Source of the DNA: an uncultured Acidobacteriota bacterium
GTDB lineage: Bacteria > Acidobacteriota > Thermoanaerobaculia > UBA5066 > Gp7-AA6
Assembly: GCA_963707935.1 (NCBI GenBank)
Contig: CAVPRN010000001.1
Location: forward strand, 668,183 to 732,182
Direction: 5' to 3'
DNA length: 64,000 nucleotides
Part shown: positions 1-9,305 of the stretch, in pieces
How positions within the stretch are numbered: the first letter of the stretch is position 1
Layout: every line of letters starts with the position of its first letter
Translations under genes and position numbers: made by a program
The notes under the pieces: generated by a model
Told to the model about the DNA's origin: nothing
The model's database searches: none
What the model saw: only the letters and a program-made list of their open reading frames with translations

Positions 1-25
1 GTCGCCGGAGCGCCGCCGCTCGTGG

Positions 26-940
26 TCATCGGGCTCCGTCGGTCCCGACGGCCACTTCGACCCGCTGGCCGAGCTTCAGGGGCGTCGGCTCCCGGAGCGC
101 GATCTTGACGAGCAGCACGCGCGTGTCCTCGGGCTTGCCGGGATCCTGCGGCTTCAACTTCCGTCCGGCGACGGCGTCCGGAATCTCCTCGACGACCCCC
201 TGCCAGGACTTCCCGTCGAAGCCTTCCGCCGTGACACGCGCCGGCGCGCCGAGGCGCACCCGCGCGGCGTCGAATTCGTCGAACTCCGCCTCGACGCGCG
301 TGCGCGAGAGGTCCGCAACGGTCACAATGCGGCTGCCCGCCTCGATCGTCTCGCCCGACTCCGCATGCCGCGCAATCACGACCCCGTCGATCGGCGCGAG
401 AATCCGCGTCTTGGCGAGCGTGGCTTCGAGGCGCCGAACGGTGGCGGCCGCCGTTTCGCGGCGCGCGCGGCCGGCTTCGAGGTCCCGCTCGGCGCGGTCG
501 AGGGCCTGCTTGGTTCCGACTTCCCGATCCCAGAGCATCCGGGCCCGCTCGACTTCGGCTTCGAAGAGGCGGATGTCCGCGTCGGCCTCGGTGACGCGCG
601 CTTTCGCCTCGGCGAGCGACGCGCGGTAGTCGTTCGAGCGCAGCTCGGCCAGGAGTTGTCCCTTGCGCACGCTGTCCTTTTCGCGGACCGGGAGATCCAC
701 GATCGTGCCGGGCAGATCCGACCCGACGACGACCTGGGCGCCGGGGTAGGTCACGAGCCGTCCCTCGGCCGCGACGTGCGGGGCCGAGACGGCGCTCGAC
801 GCCGGAGGAGCGTCGCCCGGGTGTGAGGCCGACTTGCGCGGCGCCGTGGCCGCCCGCGCCTGCAGGACGACGGCGGCGAGAACCGCCAGTCCCAGAACCG
901 GCCACAGAAGCTTCTTGCCGATGCTCGACTTGGTGTCCAT
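26..940 (-). CDS. HlyD/MFP periplasmic adaptor subunit of an ABC exporter
   Basis: N-terminal anchor, lipoyl-like half motifs (GTIVDLPVREKDSVRKGQLLAEL; ILAPIDGVV), coiled-coil hairpin; downstream of the ABC genes. Confidence 0.9.
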   Translation of the reverse strand: MDTKSSIGKKLLWPVLGLAVLAAVVLQARAATAPRKSASHPGDAPPASSAVSAPHVAAEGRLVTYPGAQVVVGSDLPGTIVDLPVREKDSVRKGQLLAELRSNDYRASLAEAKARVTEADADIRLFEAEVERARMLWDREVGTKQALDRAERDLEAGRARRETAAATVRRLEATLAKTRILAPIDGVVIARHAESGETIEAGSRIVTVADLSRTRVEAEFDEFDAARVRLGAPARVTAEGFDGKSWQGVVEEIPDAVAGRKLKPQDPGKPEDTRVLLVKIALREPTPLKLGQRVEVAVGTDGAR

Positions 941-961
941 GGCGTGCTCCCTCTTCTTGAT

Positions 962-996
962 CCCCTGGCCCCTAACCCCTAACCCCTGGCCCCTGC
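962..996. repeat. Five tandem heptamers CCCCT(GG/AA/GC), i.e. five GGGG runs on the mRNA strand
   Basis: cccctgg cccctaa cccctaa cccctgg cccctgc in the 941-998 intergenic gap. Confidence 0.9.
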
Positions 997-998
997 GC

Positions 999-1685
999 TC
1001 AAGCCGCCTGACGGGCTTCAGTCAACTGTCCGTCGCGGATCGCCACGACGCGGTCGGCGATCGTGCGCACCTTCGGGTCGTGCGTGACGACGAGGAGCCC
1101 CCGGTTCTCCTTCTTCGCGAGGTCGCGGAAGAGCTCCAGGATCTGGCCGCCGATCTCGGTGTCGAGATTGGCGGTCGGCTCGTCGGCGAGGAGGATCGGG
1201 GCGGACCCGGCGAGGGCGCGGGCGATCGCGACGCGCTGCTTCTGGCCGCCCGAGAGGTCGCGCGGCAGGAAGCGCGCGCGGTCGGCGAGGCCCACGGCCT
1301 CGATCACGCGCTCGGCCTCCCGGCGCGCGGCGCGGCCCTTCTGCCCCTTCACGTTCAAGGCGTACTCGACGTTCTCGAGCGCCGTCAGCGACGGAAAGAG
1401 GTTGAACTGCTGGAAGACGAAACCGATCGATCTCTTTCGGATCGCAGGGAGGCTCCCGGGCCGCTCGGGATCGACGCGCTCGCCGTCCACGACCACCTCG
1501 CCCGAAGTCGGCGTCAGGATGCAGCCCGCGATCGAGAGGAGCGTCGTCTTGCCCGAGCCCGACGGGCCTTCCAGGGCCACGATCTCGCCCCGCTCGAGCG
1601 CCAGAGACACGCCCCGCAGGACTCGCACGACCTCCCGCCCCTCGCGGAACTCCTTGGTGACGTCGTTGGCTTCGAGAATCATCAT
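999..1685 (-). CDS. ABC transporter ATP-binding protein (LolD/MacB/DevA-like)
   Basis: Walker A GPSGSGKT, LSGGQ signature, Walker B LLADEPT, H-loop VTHD. Confidence 0.95.
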   Translation of the reverse strand: MMILEANDVTKEFREGREVVRVLRGVSLALERGEIVALEGPSGSGKTTLLSIAGCILTPTSGEVVVDGERVDPERPGSLPAIRKRSIGFVFQQFNLFPSLTALENVEYALNVKGQKGRAARREAERVIEAVGLADRARFLPRDLSGGQKQRVAIARALAGSAPILLADEPTANLDTEIGGQILELFRDLAKKENRGLLVVTHDPKVRTIADRVVAIRDGQLTEARQAA

Positions 1686-1694
1686 CGCGCCTCT

Positions 1695-2822
1695 CTACGT
1701 CCGGAAAACCAGCGCCGGATCGATCGATGCCACCTTGCGGAACGAGATCATCGCGGCCGCCAGGCACATGGCGACGGCGCCGACGAAGACGACGGCGGCG
1801 AGCGACGGCGGGATGATCAGCTTCAAATCGATCTTCGCAATCGCCGGGCGCATCGCCCACGTCATCGCGGCCCCGAGGAAGAAGCCGGCCACCGCCGCGA
1901 TCGCCGCCTGCTTGCCGAGGATCCGGTAGATGTCGCCGTTGCCGCCGCCGATCGCCTTGACGGTCCCGAATTCCTTGATGTGCTCCATCGTCGAGGTGTA
2001 GAGCGTCTGCGCCACGACGACGATGCCGACGAGGCACCCGAGGAAGACGGTCAGCGACATGTTGAGGCCGAGTCCCGTGGACTCGACCCAGTAGGCGCGC
2101 GACCGCTTCGCCCACTCTTTCTTCGTGTAGACGTCGTTGTAGGGGAGCCGCCGCCGGATCTCGGCCCGCACCCGCTCGAGGTCCGCGGACGGCGCGAGCT
2201 TCACCAGGATGTAGGTCGTCTTGTTGGCGAGCGACTGATACGAGAGCTTCTGCGCGCGCTGGAAGTCCATGAAGGAGATCGGCGTCGTCGAGAAGGAGAG
2301 CGCGTCGCGGCTGCGCCCGATGATCTTCATCCGCTGGCCGAGGTATTCGCGGTATTCCCCGACCCGGAAGGGGCCGAACCGCTTCTCGGCGGAGTTGTCG
2401 AGAAAGACGTACTGCCCGCGCCGCAGGTCCGCGAGGTCCCCCTCAGCGACGTTCCACGGGATGTTCCAGCGCCGGAAGTCCTCGAGCGCGTAGACGAGGG
2501 AGGCCTCCTGCGCGCCCGACGGCAGGGTCAGCGTCATGTACCAGACGATCAGGTTGTCCGCCCGCTCGATCCCGGGAATCGAACGGACCCGCTGCACCGC
2601 CCCCTCGGGAAACGTGTGGGCGAAGTCGACGTTCGGCGTGTTCTTCGACGTGATCCAGAGGTCGGCGTCGGCGTGCTCGATCGTCACCGAGGCGTTGTCG
2701 AGGATCCCGAGGAAGAGGCCGACCTGCACGAACACGAGCGCCACGGCGAACGCGACGCCCGAGACCGTGATCGCGAAGCGCAGCTTGTCGTGGAGCAGGC
2801 TCTTGGTGGCGAGATCGACCAT
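1695..2822 (-). CDS. ABC transporter permease (FtsX/MacB/DevC-like)
   Basis: N-terminal TM, large periplasmic loop, C-terminal TMs with KEFGTVKAIG and DPALVF motifs. Confidence 0.9.
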   Translation of the reverse strand: MVDLATKSLLHDKLRFAITVSGVAFAVALVFVQVGLFLGILDNASVTIEHADADLWITSKNTPNVDFAHTFPEGAVQRVRSIPGIERADNLIVWYMTLTLPSGAQEASLVYALEDFRRWNIPWNVAEGDLADLRRGQYVFLDNSAEKRFGPFRVGEYREYLGQRMKIIGRSRDALSFSTTPISFMDFQRAQKLSYQSLANKTTYILVKLAPSADLERVRAEIRRRLPYNDVYTKKEWAKRSRAYWVESTGLGLNMSLTVFLGCLVGIVVVAQTLYTSTMEHIKEFGTVKAIGGGNGDIYRILGKQAAIAAVAGFFLGAAMTWAMRPAIAKIDLKLIIPPSLAAVVFVGAVAMCLAAAMISFRKVASIDPALVFRT

Positions 2823-2826
2823 GGCG

Positions 2827-3460
2827 TCACCCCGCGTTGCGGGTCAGGCCCCGGATCATGCGCGTCGATGACGAGCTCGGCGCTCTTCGAGACGGGCTGC
2901 CAGGGGACCCAGTCGTCGTTGCACTTGGCGATCTGGAGAGAGATCGCGCCGTGCGTGGCTTCCCAGACCACCTGGGAGAGCAGGTCCGCGTCGGTCAACT
3001 CGGGCCGGAAGCGCCCCTTCGCGATCGCCTCGGCGATCGTCTGCCGCAGGAAGGCGTAGGCGTCCTGCTCGGGATTGCCCCGCTCGAGACGGCTCGTCTC
3101 GGGCGGGACCGACGGATGGGGCGTCATGAACATGAAGCGGTACTGGTTCGGGTGAGAGAGCCCGAAGTCCACGTAGGCGAGGCCGATCTGCCGCAGCCGC
3201 TCGATCGGGTCGGCGATCGCGGCGATCGATCCAAAATGCTTGGCGAGCGCGCCGAAGTCCTCGTCGCAGAGCGCGCGCAGGAGCGTCTGCTTGTCGGCGA
3301 AGTGGAAGTAGATCGCCGTCGGCGAGTACTCGATCCGCTCGGCGATCCGCCGCATGGTGACCGCCTCGTACCCCTGCTCGTTGAAGAGCTCGCGTGCGGC
3401 GTCCAGGATCTTTTCCCGGATTTCCTGCCGCTCCCGCTCGCGCCTTTCGACGACTCCCAT
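2827..3460 (-). CDS. TetR/AcrR family regulator; apparent 1-base frameshift near 2861
   Basis: TetR HTH (ILDAARELF..GYEAVTMRRIA..YSPTAIYFHF); removing one base gives the end ..VIDAMIRGLTRNAG* at 2827, just before the permease ATG. Confidence 0.9.
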
Positions 3461-3474
3461 AACGCTCCTCAGTA

Positions 3475-3491
3475 ACTTAACTACGTTAAGT
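3475..3491. promoter_or_regulatory. Probable TetR operator ACTTAAC-N3-GTTAAGT
   Basis: Perfect 7-bp inverted repeat 14 bp upstream of the tetR ATG in an AT-rich patch; minus-strand TTGACA at 3516-3521. Confidence 0.7.
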
Positions 3492-3609
3492 AATAGATCA
3501 AGGTTTCTAGATCTCTGTCAACAATGCTTTTGGCGCTCCAGCTAAGTACTTACTGCAGTGACATTTATATATCGGAGCACGCATTGGTTCCGTCCTATAA
3601 TTCGGTGAA

Positions 3610-3843
3610 ATGAGTCCGCCGTCGGAACGCGAACGTGAGTGGGCTGCTCAGTGGGCAGGCGCCAGTCAGGCTCTCGCACAGCAGAGACGGCGGGAACTTC
3701 GCGAGCTCTCGCAAGACCGGGCTCTGGCCGCCTCGGAGGCGCTTCTATCACTCGTTGCGACTTTGGCCGGGAGCCTCCCGCCGAGTCGTACATCGGGCCT
3801 GGTCGTACAGCAGGCACTGCTGCACGGGCGCCGGCCGTCTTGA
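3610..3843 (+). CDS. Small helical protein, putative antitoxin/partner of the downstream nucleotidyltransferase
   Basis: 77 aa; TATAAT 8 nt upstream; stop overlaps the TTG of the next gene. Confidence 0.65.
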   Translation: MSPPSEREREWAAQWAGASQALAQQRRRELRELSQDRALAASEALLSLVATLAGSLPPSRTSGLVVQQALLHGRRPS

Positions 3844-4394
3844 ATCCGATCTTCCGAGCGGCCCTGGAGGTTCAAGGCATCTGCGTCTCGGAGGGCTGGC
3901 CCTTCTGCTTCATCGGCGGTCTCGCGGTGCAGAGATGGGGAGAACCTCGAGTGACCGTCGACGTGGACTTGACGATCGTCGCCGGGTTCGGCGGCGAGGC
4001 CGCTTGCGCCGACCTGCTGCTGTCGAAGATGCGGGGCCGGATCCCGGATGCGCGTCCGTTCGCGCTTCGAAATCGCGTGCTCCTGCTCGAGGATTCGGCG
4101 GGCATGCCGATCGATGTGGCTCTCGGAGCCATGCCGTTCGAGCATCGCTGCGTCCAGAGATCGTCGCCCTGGTCGATTGGACCGGACGATACCCTCCGGA
4201 CTTGCAGCGCCGAAGACTTGATCGTCTTGAAGGCCTTTGCCGGGCGGGAACGAGACTGGCTGGACATCGAGGGCATCGTGGCGCGGCAACCGAGCCTGGA
4301 CCGAAAGCTGATCTGGCAGGAGCTCGAGCCGCTCCTGGATCTCAAGGGCGACACGGCCTCCGCGGAAAGACTGAGACAGGCGCTCTCCGACTGA
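3840..4394 (+). CDS. Nucleotidyltransferase-fold protein (AbiEii/DUF6036-like)
   Basis: FIGGLAV..WGEPRVTVDVD and EDLIVLKAFAGRERDWLDI motifs; start taken as TTG 3840 (TTGA overlap). Confidence 0.8.
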   Translation: MNPIFRAALEVQGICVSEGWPFCFIGGLAVQRWGEPRVTVDVDLTIVAGFGGEAACADLLLSKMRGRIPDARPFALRNRVLLLEDSAGMPIDVALGAMPFEHRCVQRSSPWSIGPDDTLRTCSAEDLIVLKAFAGRERDWLDIEGIVARQPSLDRKLIWQELEPLLDLKGDTASAERLRQALSD

Positions 4395-4451
4395 CGGGAT
4401 TCTGTCTCCGGGAGACAACTTTTCCGGAGGCAGGGAAATCGGTGCGCCGAC

Positions 4452-5813
4452 CTAGTGCGACGTCTCCACCCGACGCCTGCGGCCCGGGCCGTGGAACGCC
4501 GGCCGGCCGAGCAGGAAACCCTGGCCGAACGGGATACCGAGGTCCACGAGCGCGTTTCGCTCCTCTTCGCGCTCGATTCCCTCGGCGATGACGATCGCGC
4601 CGATGCGGCTCCCGATCGCCGCGAGACTCGCGATGATCTCGCGCTTGATCGGATCTCCCTCGAGGTTGCGCACGAGCGAGTCCGCCACCTTGATGTAGTC
4701 CGGGCGCAGATTCAGGATCGTCTCGAGGCCCGAGTACCCCGAGCCCGCGTCGTCGATTGCGATCTGCAGCTTCGATCCGCGGATCCGCCGGACGATCTCG
4801 GCGAAGGAGGAGTAGTCGCCGACCATCTCCTTCTCCGAGATCTCGACGACGACGTCGGTGTGGCTGCGGTTGATCGCCTTGAGGTTCCGCTCGTCGAGGA
4901 AAATCGGGTGGCGCAGCAGCTGCGAGGAGGCGTTGACGAAGAGCCGCCCGGAGTTGACCGCGCGCGGCAGGCTCTTGAAGATCGTCTCGAGGCAGAGCGT
5001 CTCGAGCTCGACCCCCATTTCGTTTTCGTGCGCGACGGCGAAGAGGACGCTCGGCCGCTCGAGCGCGCTGCCGTGCGGGCCGCGGATGAGCGCTTCGTAG
5101 CCGTGGATCCTCCCGTCGGGCAGCGACCGGACCGGCTGGAAGGCGGCCGTCAACCGGCGCCGCCCGATGACGCCCTTCAACTGCGCGCAGAGGTCGAGCT
5201 TTTCCCGCGTTTGCCGCTGCGAGACGATCTTGACCGCTTCGGCGAGCGTGCGGATCAGATGCCGGGAGGGGCGCGCCCGCGGGTTGTCGTCGGCCGTCAG
5301 GCTCGAGACGTGGACGCTCATGAGATCGACGGTCGTCCCTCCGAAGGTGTGGCGCAGCCGCCGGATCGCGGAGATCTGGAAATCCAGTGCGACCTGCTCG
5401 ATCGACGGAAACGCCCGGCCTCGCAACGGCGCCGAAGGCAGGTCGAAGAGGATGTAGAAGCCATCGGAGCCGGAGTAGCGCAACGACGCGAAGTACGGCG
5501 CGAGCTTCGAGGCGGCGATGTCGGCGCGGAGCCCGTTCGCCACCGCCAGGAGCACCCGGTCGTAAACTTCCCAGCCGTACAGCTCTTCGAAGCCGAAGAA
5601 CTTTCCGATCTGGACGTAGATCACGCCGAGCTTCTCGATCCGGTCGATCGCGGTCAAACGCTCCGGCTCGTCGAACGGATGGAGCGGCAGGCCCGTCACG
5701 TCGTCGTAGACGAGGCGCTCCTGGCGCAGGCGCTCGACGCTCTTGCCGGCGGGATCGGCGGGGGCCCCGGCCGGCAGCAGGGAAATCGGGCCCGTGCGGC
5801 GCTTCGGGATCAT
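4452..5813 (-). CDS. EAL-domain c-di-GMP phosphodiesterase with degenerate GGDEF-like N-terminus
   Basis: FQP, YEALIRG, LFVN, VVEISE, DDAGSGYS, YIKVA, AEGIE; N-terminal DDVTGLP..RYSGSDGF. Confidence 0.9.
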   Translation of the reverse strand: MIPKRRTGPISLLPAGAPADPAGKSVERLRQERLVYDDVTGLPLHPFDEPERLTAIDRIEKLGVIYVQIGKFFGFEELYGWEVYDRVLLAVANGLRADIAASKLAPYFASLRYSGSDGFYILFDLPSAPLRGRAFPSIEQVALDFQISAIRRLRHTFGGTTVDLMSVHVSSLTADDNPRARPSRHLIRTLAEAVKIVSQRQTREKLDLCAQLKGVIGRRRLTAAFQPVRSLPDGRIHGYEALIRGPHGSALERPSVLFAVAHENEMGVELETLCLETIFKSLPRAVNSGRLFVNASSQLLRHPIFLDERNLKAINRSHTDVVVEISEKEMVGDYSSFAEIVRRIRGSKLQIAIDDAGSGYSGLETILNLRPDYIKVADSLVRNLEGDPIKREIIASLAAIGSRIGAIVIAEGIEREEERNALVDLGIPFGQGFLLGRPAFHGPGRRRRVETSH

Positions 5814-6202
5814 GGCTCCTCTCGTTCTTTCTCCGCCTCCGGCGCGAGGACGGCGGCAATCTTGCGCCGCAGCTCGTCGGCGCCGAACGGCTTGGCCAGG
5901 TAGTCGGACCCGCCGAGCTGCATGGCGGTGATCCGGTCCTTCAACTCCTGACGGCCGGTCAGAAACAGGATCGGGACGCTTCGTGTCGTGGACTGCCGGC
6001 GCAGAATCGCGCAGAGCTCCCAGCCGCTCATGCCCGGCATGTTGACGTCGAGGATGACGAGGTCGGGCGCCGTCCGCAGCAGCTCCGGCAGGGCCGCGCG
6101 GGCATCGCCGGGCGACTCGACCGCAAAGTCATCGGCGGGGAGCAGGTCGCGGATCGCGGCGCCGACTCCGGGCTCGTCGTCCACGACGACGATGCGTCTC
6201 AC
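5810..6202 (-). CDS. Single-domain response regulator (receiver)
   Basis: VVDDE, LVILDVNMPGMSG, FLTG, DYLAKPF. Confidence 0.93.
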   Translation of the reverse strand: MRRIVVVDDEPGVGAAIRDLLPADDFAVESPGDARAALPELLRTAPDLVILDVNMPGMSGWELCAILRRQSTTRSVPILFLTGRQELKDRITAMQLGGSDYLAKPFGADELRRKIAAVLAPEAEKEREEP

Positions 6203-7488
6203 CGCGTCCCCCGAGCGAAGGGGAGGAGGATCGTCACCTCGGAGCCGAATCCCGCTTCGGAGGTCAGGCTGATGCGGCCGCCGTTGGCCTCGAGGATCTC
6301 CTTGGTCACGGCGAGACCGATTCCCTTGCCGCGGGCGCCCGAGGCGACCGCGCCGGTTCCGCGGAAGGAGTAGTCGAAGGCGTGCGTGCGCTCCTCGGGG
6401 GACATGCCGATCCCGGTGTCCTTGAAGACGACGAAGGCGTGCCGGCCCGCCGGCCCGGCGCGGATGCGGATCTCGCCCTCTTCGGGCGTGTACTTGACGG
6501 CGTTTTCGAGCACGTTGCGGAAGGCTCGCTGCAAGGCGACCGGGTCGGCCGCGACGGGCAGCTGCGGCTTCTCGGCAATGAACTCGATCCGGCGGCTCCC
6601 GCCGAGAGAGAGCCGGTAGGCCGTCGCGAGCGAGCCGAGGATCTCGACCAGGTCGGCGGTCGGCGGCGTCGCGTCCGAGGAGAACGTCGGGGCCGCCGGC
6701 GCCGCTCCGCGCGGCTCGGATCGGGGCGGGCTCGGTTCCGACGCCCCGAGCAGCTTCTCGGCGAGCTCGATCTCGCGCGAGAGGTTCGCGAGGTGCTCGG
6801 CGTTCGGGAGCTCCCCGCGCCTGGCGCCTTCGGCGATCAGATCCGCGTAGACGCGCATCACCGAGAGGGGTGACTTGAGATCGTGGAGGATCCCCTCCTC
6901 GCGGCGGGCCGCGGGGACGGCCGTCGCGCCCGGCAACGGCGGTCCGACTTCCATCGCCATCGACGCGAGACGTTCCGGGGCGTCCGGGAGGGCGAGGTCA
7001 GCCGACGCGGCCAGTCGCCGCCGGCCCGTCGCCGCCTCGAGAGCGACGAGGAGCCCGGGCGCCGCGAGAGCCGTCAGCAGGACCGGAAAGAAGCCGGGCC
7101 CGGACGCCGGCAGCGCGCCCCAGGCGACGAGTCCCCCGAGAGTCGCGGCCGACACGACCGCGTAGAAGCGCGCGGCGGGCTTGCCTTCGAGCTGCCAGGC
7201 GAGCGCGACCCCCGCGGGCAGGAGCAGCGCGAAGAGGGCCTGACCGCCCCCGAGCGGTGCGATCGCCGACCAGAGCAGAGCCTGGTCCGCCAGGATCGCG
7301 AGGGGCGAGGCGAAGCCCGCGAGCCCGCCGGCGAAGTCGCGCGTGAAGAGGAAGGCCGCGGCGAGCGAGGACCCCGCGAGGATCGAGAAGAGGCGCGCGT
7401 CTCCGGCGCCGAGAGCGATCGCGAGCAGGCAGAAGAGGGAGAAGAGCGCCGCCGACGCCGCCCGATGCGCGGCGAGCGACGACGTCAA
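6199..7488 (-). CDS. Membrane sensor histidine kinase
   Basis: Multi-TM N-terminus; H-box HDLKSPLS, N-box NVLENAVKYT, G1 DTGIG, G2 GKGIGL. Confidence 0.92.
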   Translation of the reverse strand: MTSSLAAHRAASAALFSLFCLLAIALGAGDARLFSILAGSSLAAAFLFTRDFAGGLAGFASPLAILADQALLWSAIAPLGGGQALFALLLPAGVALAWQLEGKPAARFYAVVSAATLGGLVAWGALPASGPGFFPVLLTALAAPGLLVALEAATGRRRLAASADLALPDAPERLASMAMEVGPPLPGATAVPAARREEGILHDLKSPLSVMRVYADLIAEGARRGELPNAEHLANLSREIELAEKLLGASEPSPPRSEPRGAAPAAPTFSSDATPPTADLVEILGSLATAYRLSLGGSRRIEFIAEKPQLPVAADPVALQRAFRNVLENAVKYTPEEGEIRIRAGPAGRHAFVVFKDTGIGMSPEERTHAFDYSFRGTGAVASGARGKGIGLAVTKEILEANGGRISLTSEAGFGSEVTILLPFARGTR

Positions 7489-7501
7489 ACGCGGGCCTCT
7501 G

Positions 7502-7540
7502 CTCCCTCTCCCCCGCGGGGAGAGGGACGGGGTGAGGGGG
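7502..7540. repeat. REP-like hairpin (CCCTCACCCC..CCCTCTCCCC..GGGGAGAGGG family), copy 1
   Basis: Reverse complement nearly identical to 30508-30545. Confidence 0.8.
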
Positions 7541-7542
7541 CC

Positions 7543-8676
7543 TCAAACATACGCGCACCCGACCCGCACCCCTCCGTCCGGGAGTGGCGCCCAGTTAATC
7601 GCCTTCAGTCGCACGGGATGGCGCTCGGAGTTCAAGCGGCGGAAGATCTCGCCGGTCCAGCGCTTCGGCCACTTCTCCGGCTGCGGAGCGCGAAGCGCCA
7701 CGCCGCCGAAGCTGACGTCCACGACCGGCACGGTCCAGGGGTCGGCCCCCTGCCGAATCAGGCGCACGCTGGTGTCGGCTGGCGAGAAGCGCGGGTAGTT
7801 GCGCCGCTCCATGCCCGGAAAGTTCGCCTGCTCGCGGCACTGGTAGAGGCGCAAGTCCGTCACCTTGAGCAGGAAGTCGACGGTCCTCCCGTCGGTCGGG
7901 TAGGTCGAGATGCCGTAGTGGAGCCCGACTCGGAGCTCCGACCGGTGCGGCAGCGAGAGCGCCGAGACGCGCTTGCGGATGCGCTCGGCGACTTCGACGG
8001 CGTAGAGCAGATTCGTGTTCGGGAGCACGACGACGAACTCGTCCCCGCCCCAGCGGCATCCGGCATCCACCGTCCGGAGCGATTGGCGCACGACGCGCGC
8101 CGTGCGCAGGAGCACGTTGTCTCCGGCCGGGTGCCCGTATCGGTCGTTGACGGCCTTGAAGTCCTTCAGGTCGAGCATCACGACCGAGACGATTCCTTCC
8201 GAGCGCTCGGCGCGCGCGATCTCCCGGGCGAAGTGCTCGAGGAGGAAGCGGCGGTTGTAGAGGCCGGTCAGCGGGTCGGTCAGCGCCGAGAGCCGGAGCT
8301 TCGAGAGCTCGCGCTCCGGCACGAGGCAGGGCTCCTTCAGCTTTCCGCGGCGGCTGTGGAAGTGATGGACGAGCGCGGTCTGGAGCGAGAGGGGGCGGCC
8401 GAGCACGTCCCGCATCCGGGGGAAGAGGTGCTCGATCTCCACCCAGGACGACTCCGCGTCCGAGAGCGAGAGCGTGATGCCGAGCCACTCCGAGAAGAGC
8501 TGTCGGAGGAGCTCCGATCGCTTCGCGTGGCGCGAAGCGAGGAGCAGCGCCCGCTTGAAGCGCGGCAGAGAAAAGTCACGCTGGCGTCCGAGCCGCGCAA
8601 GCGCCCCGACGCGAGGATTCGCCTCCTCCTGGTCCAACCCCACCGCCTCCTGGCCCGGCGCTCGGCCGGGCGCCAT
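7543..8676 (-). CDS. Diguanylate cyclase (GGDEF) with C-terminal PilZ-like domain
   Basis: TDPLTGLYNRR, DLKDFKAVNDRYGHPAGD, I-site RTVD, GGDEF; PilZ motifs RRNYPR and DVSFGG; start uncertain. Confidence 0.9.
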   Translation of the reverse strand: MAPGRAPGQEAVGLDQEEANPRVGALARLGRQRDFSLPRFKRALLLASRHAKRSELLRQLFSEWLGITLSLSDAESSWVEIEHLFPRMRDVLGRPLSLQTALVHHFHSRRGKLKEPCLVPERELSKLRLSALTDPLTGLYNRRFLLEHFAREIARAERSEGIVSVVMLDLKDFKAVNDRYGHPAGDNVLLRTARVVRQSLRTVDAGCRWGGDEFVVVLPNTNLLYAVEVAERIRKRVSALSLPHRSELRVGLHYGISTYPTDGRTVDFLLKVTDLRLYQCREQANFPGMERRNYPRFSPADTSVRLIRQGADPWTVPVVDVSFGGVALRAPQPEKWPKRWTGEIFRRLNSERHPVRLKAINWAPLPDGGVRVGCAYV

Positions 8677-8677
8677 T

Positions 8678-9172
8678 CTACGGGTGCCGGCGGTTCTGCC
8701 GCGCCGCGCGCGCGAGCGGCAGATCCGCGCTCTCGTCTTCCCGTGTCATTTGAGCGACGGCGCCGGCCGCCTCTTCGACGGCGTCGTTCAGCGAGAAGAC
8801 GAGAACCATCTGCCCTTCTTTCAAGAGATCCACCAGCTCCCGATCCGAACGCGCCCAGAGGACGCGGTTACCGACGACGAGCAGACGCGCTTCCGCGAGA
8901 TCCGAGTCGGGGTCGAGCCGCGACAGCGCCTCGGCGCAGCGGCGGATCCTCGCGAGGCCGATTCCCGCCGCGCGCAGCCGCGCCGCGACGCGAAGGCGCA
9001 CGACGTCGGCGAAGGAGTAGCGGCGCGCGGACCCGTAGCCCGTCGCCCGTTCGAGCGACGGCTTCAGGAACCCCTGCCGATCCCAGTGGTCGAGCTGCCT
9101 CGGCGAGAGGCCCGTCAGCCGGGCCGTCTCCGCGGTGGAGAAGCTTTGGCGGAGGACACCGCTGAATTTCAT
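8678..9172 (-). CDS. MerR-family regulator (resembles the Rv1830 type)
   Basis: FSTAETARLTGLSPRQLDHWDRQGFLKPS..GYGSARRYSFADV; C-terminal LVDLLKEGQ. Confidence 0.85.
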   Translation of the reverse strand: MKFSGVLRQSFSTAETARLTGLSPRQLDHWDRQGFLKPSLERATGYGSARRYSFADVVRLRVAARLRAAGIGLARIRRCAEALSRLDPDSDLAEARLLVVGNRVLWARSDRELVDLLKEGQMVLVFSLNDAVEEAAGAVAQMTREDESADLPLARAARQNRRHP

Positions 9173-9305
9173 TGCTGTAGTTTTGCAATTGTAACACGGC
9201 AGGAGGTTTAGCGACCAATTGGACGCGGAAGGCCTTTCGCGATCGAGGTCTCCGCTGTCGGGTCTCCGTCAAACCTCTGCAGCCGCTCCCCGTATGAAAT
9301 ACTGG

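Noticed and set aside
1-29. Start of a further minus-strand gene overlapping the MFP stop (ATGA)
   Set aside because: Only nine codons are visible, not enough to support a call
834-3059. Long antisense or off-frame ORFs (also 21666-24836, 25451-27946, 28174-30411, 35112-37352 and others)
   Set aside because: Shadow ORFs expected from high-GC codon bias opposite well-supported genes; Arg/Ala/Pro-rich with no motifs
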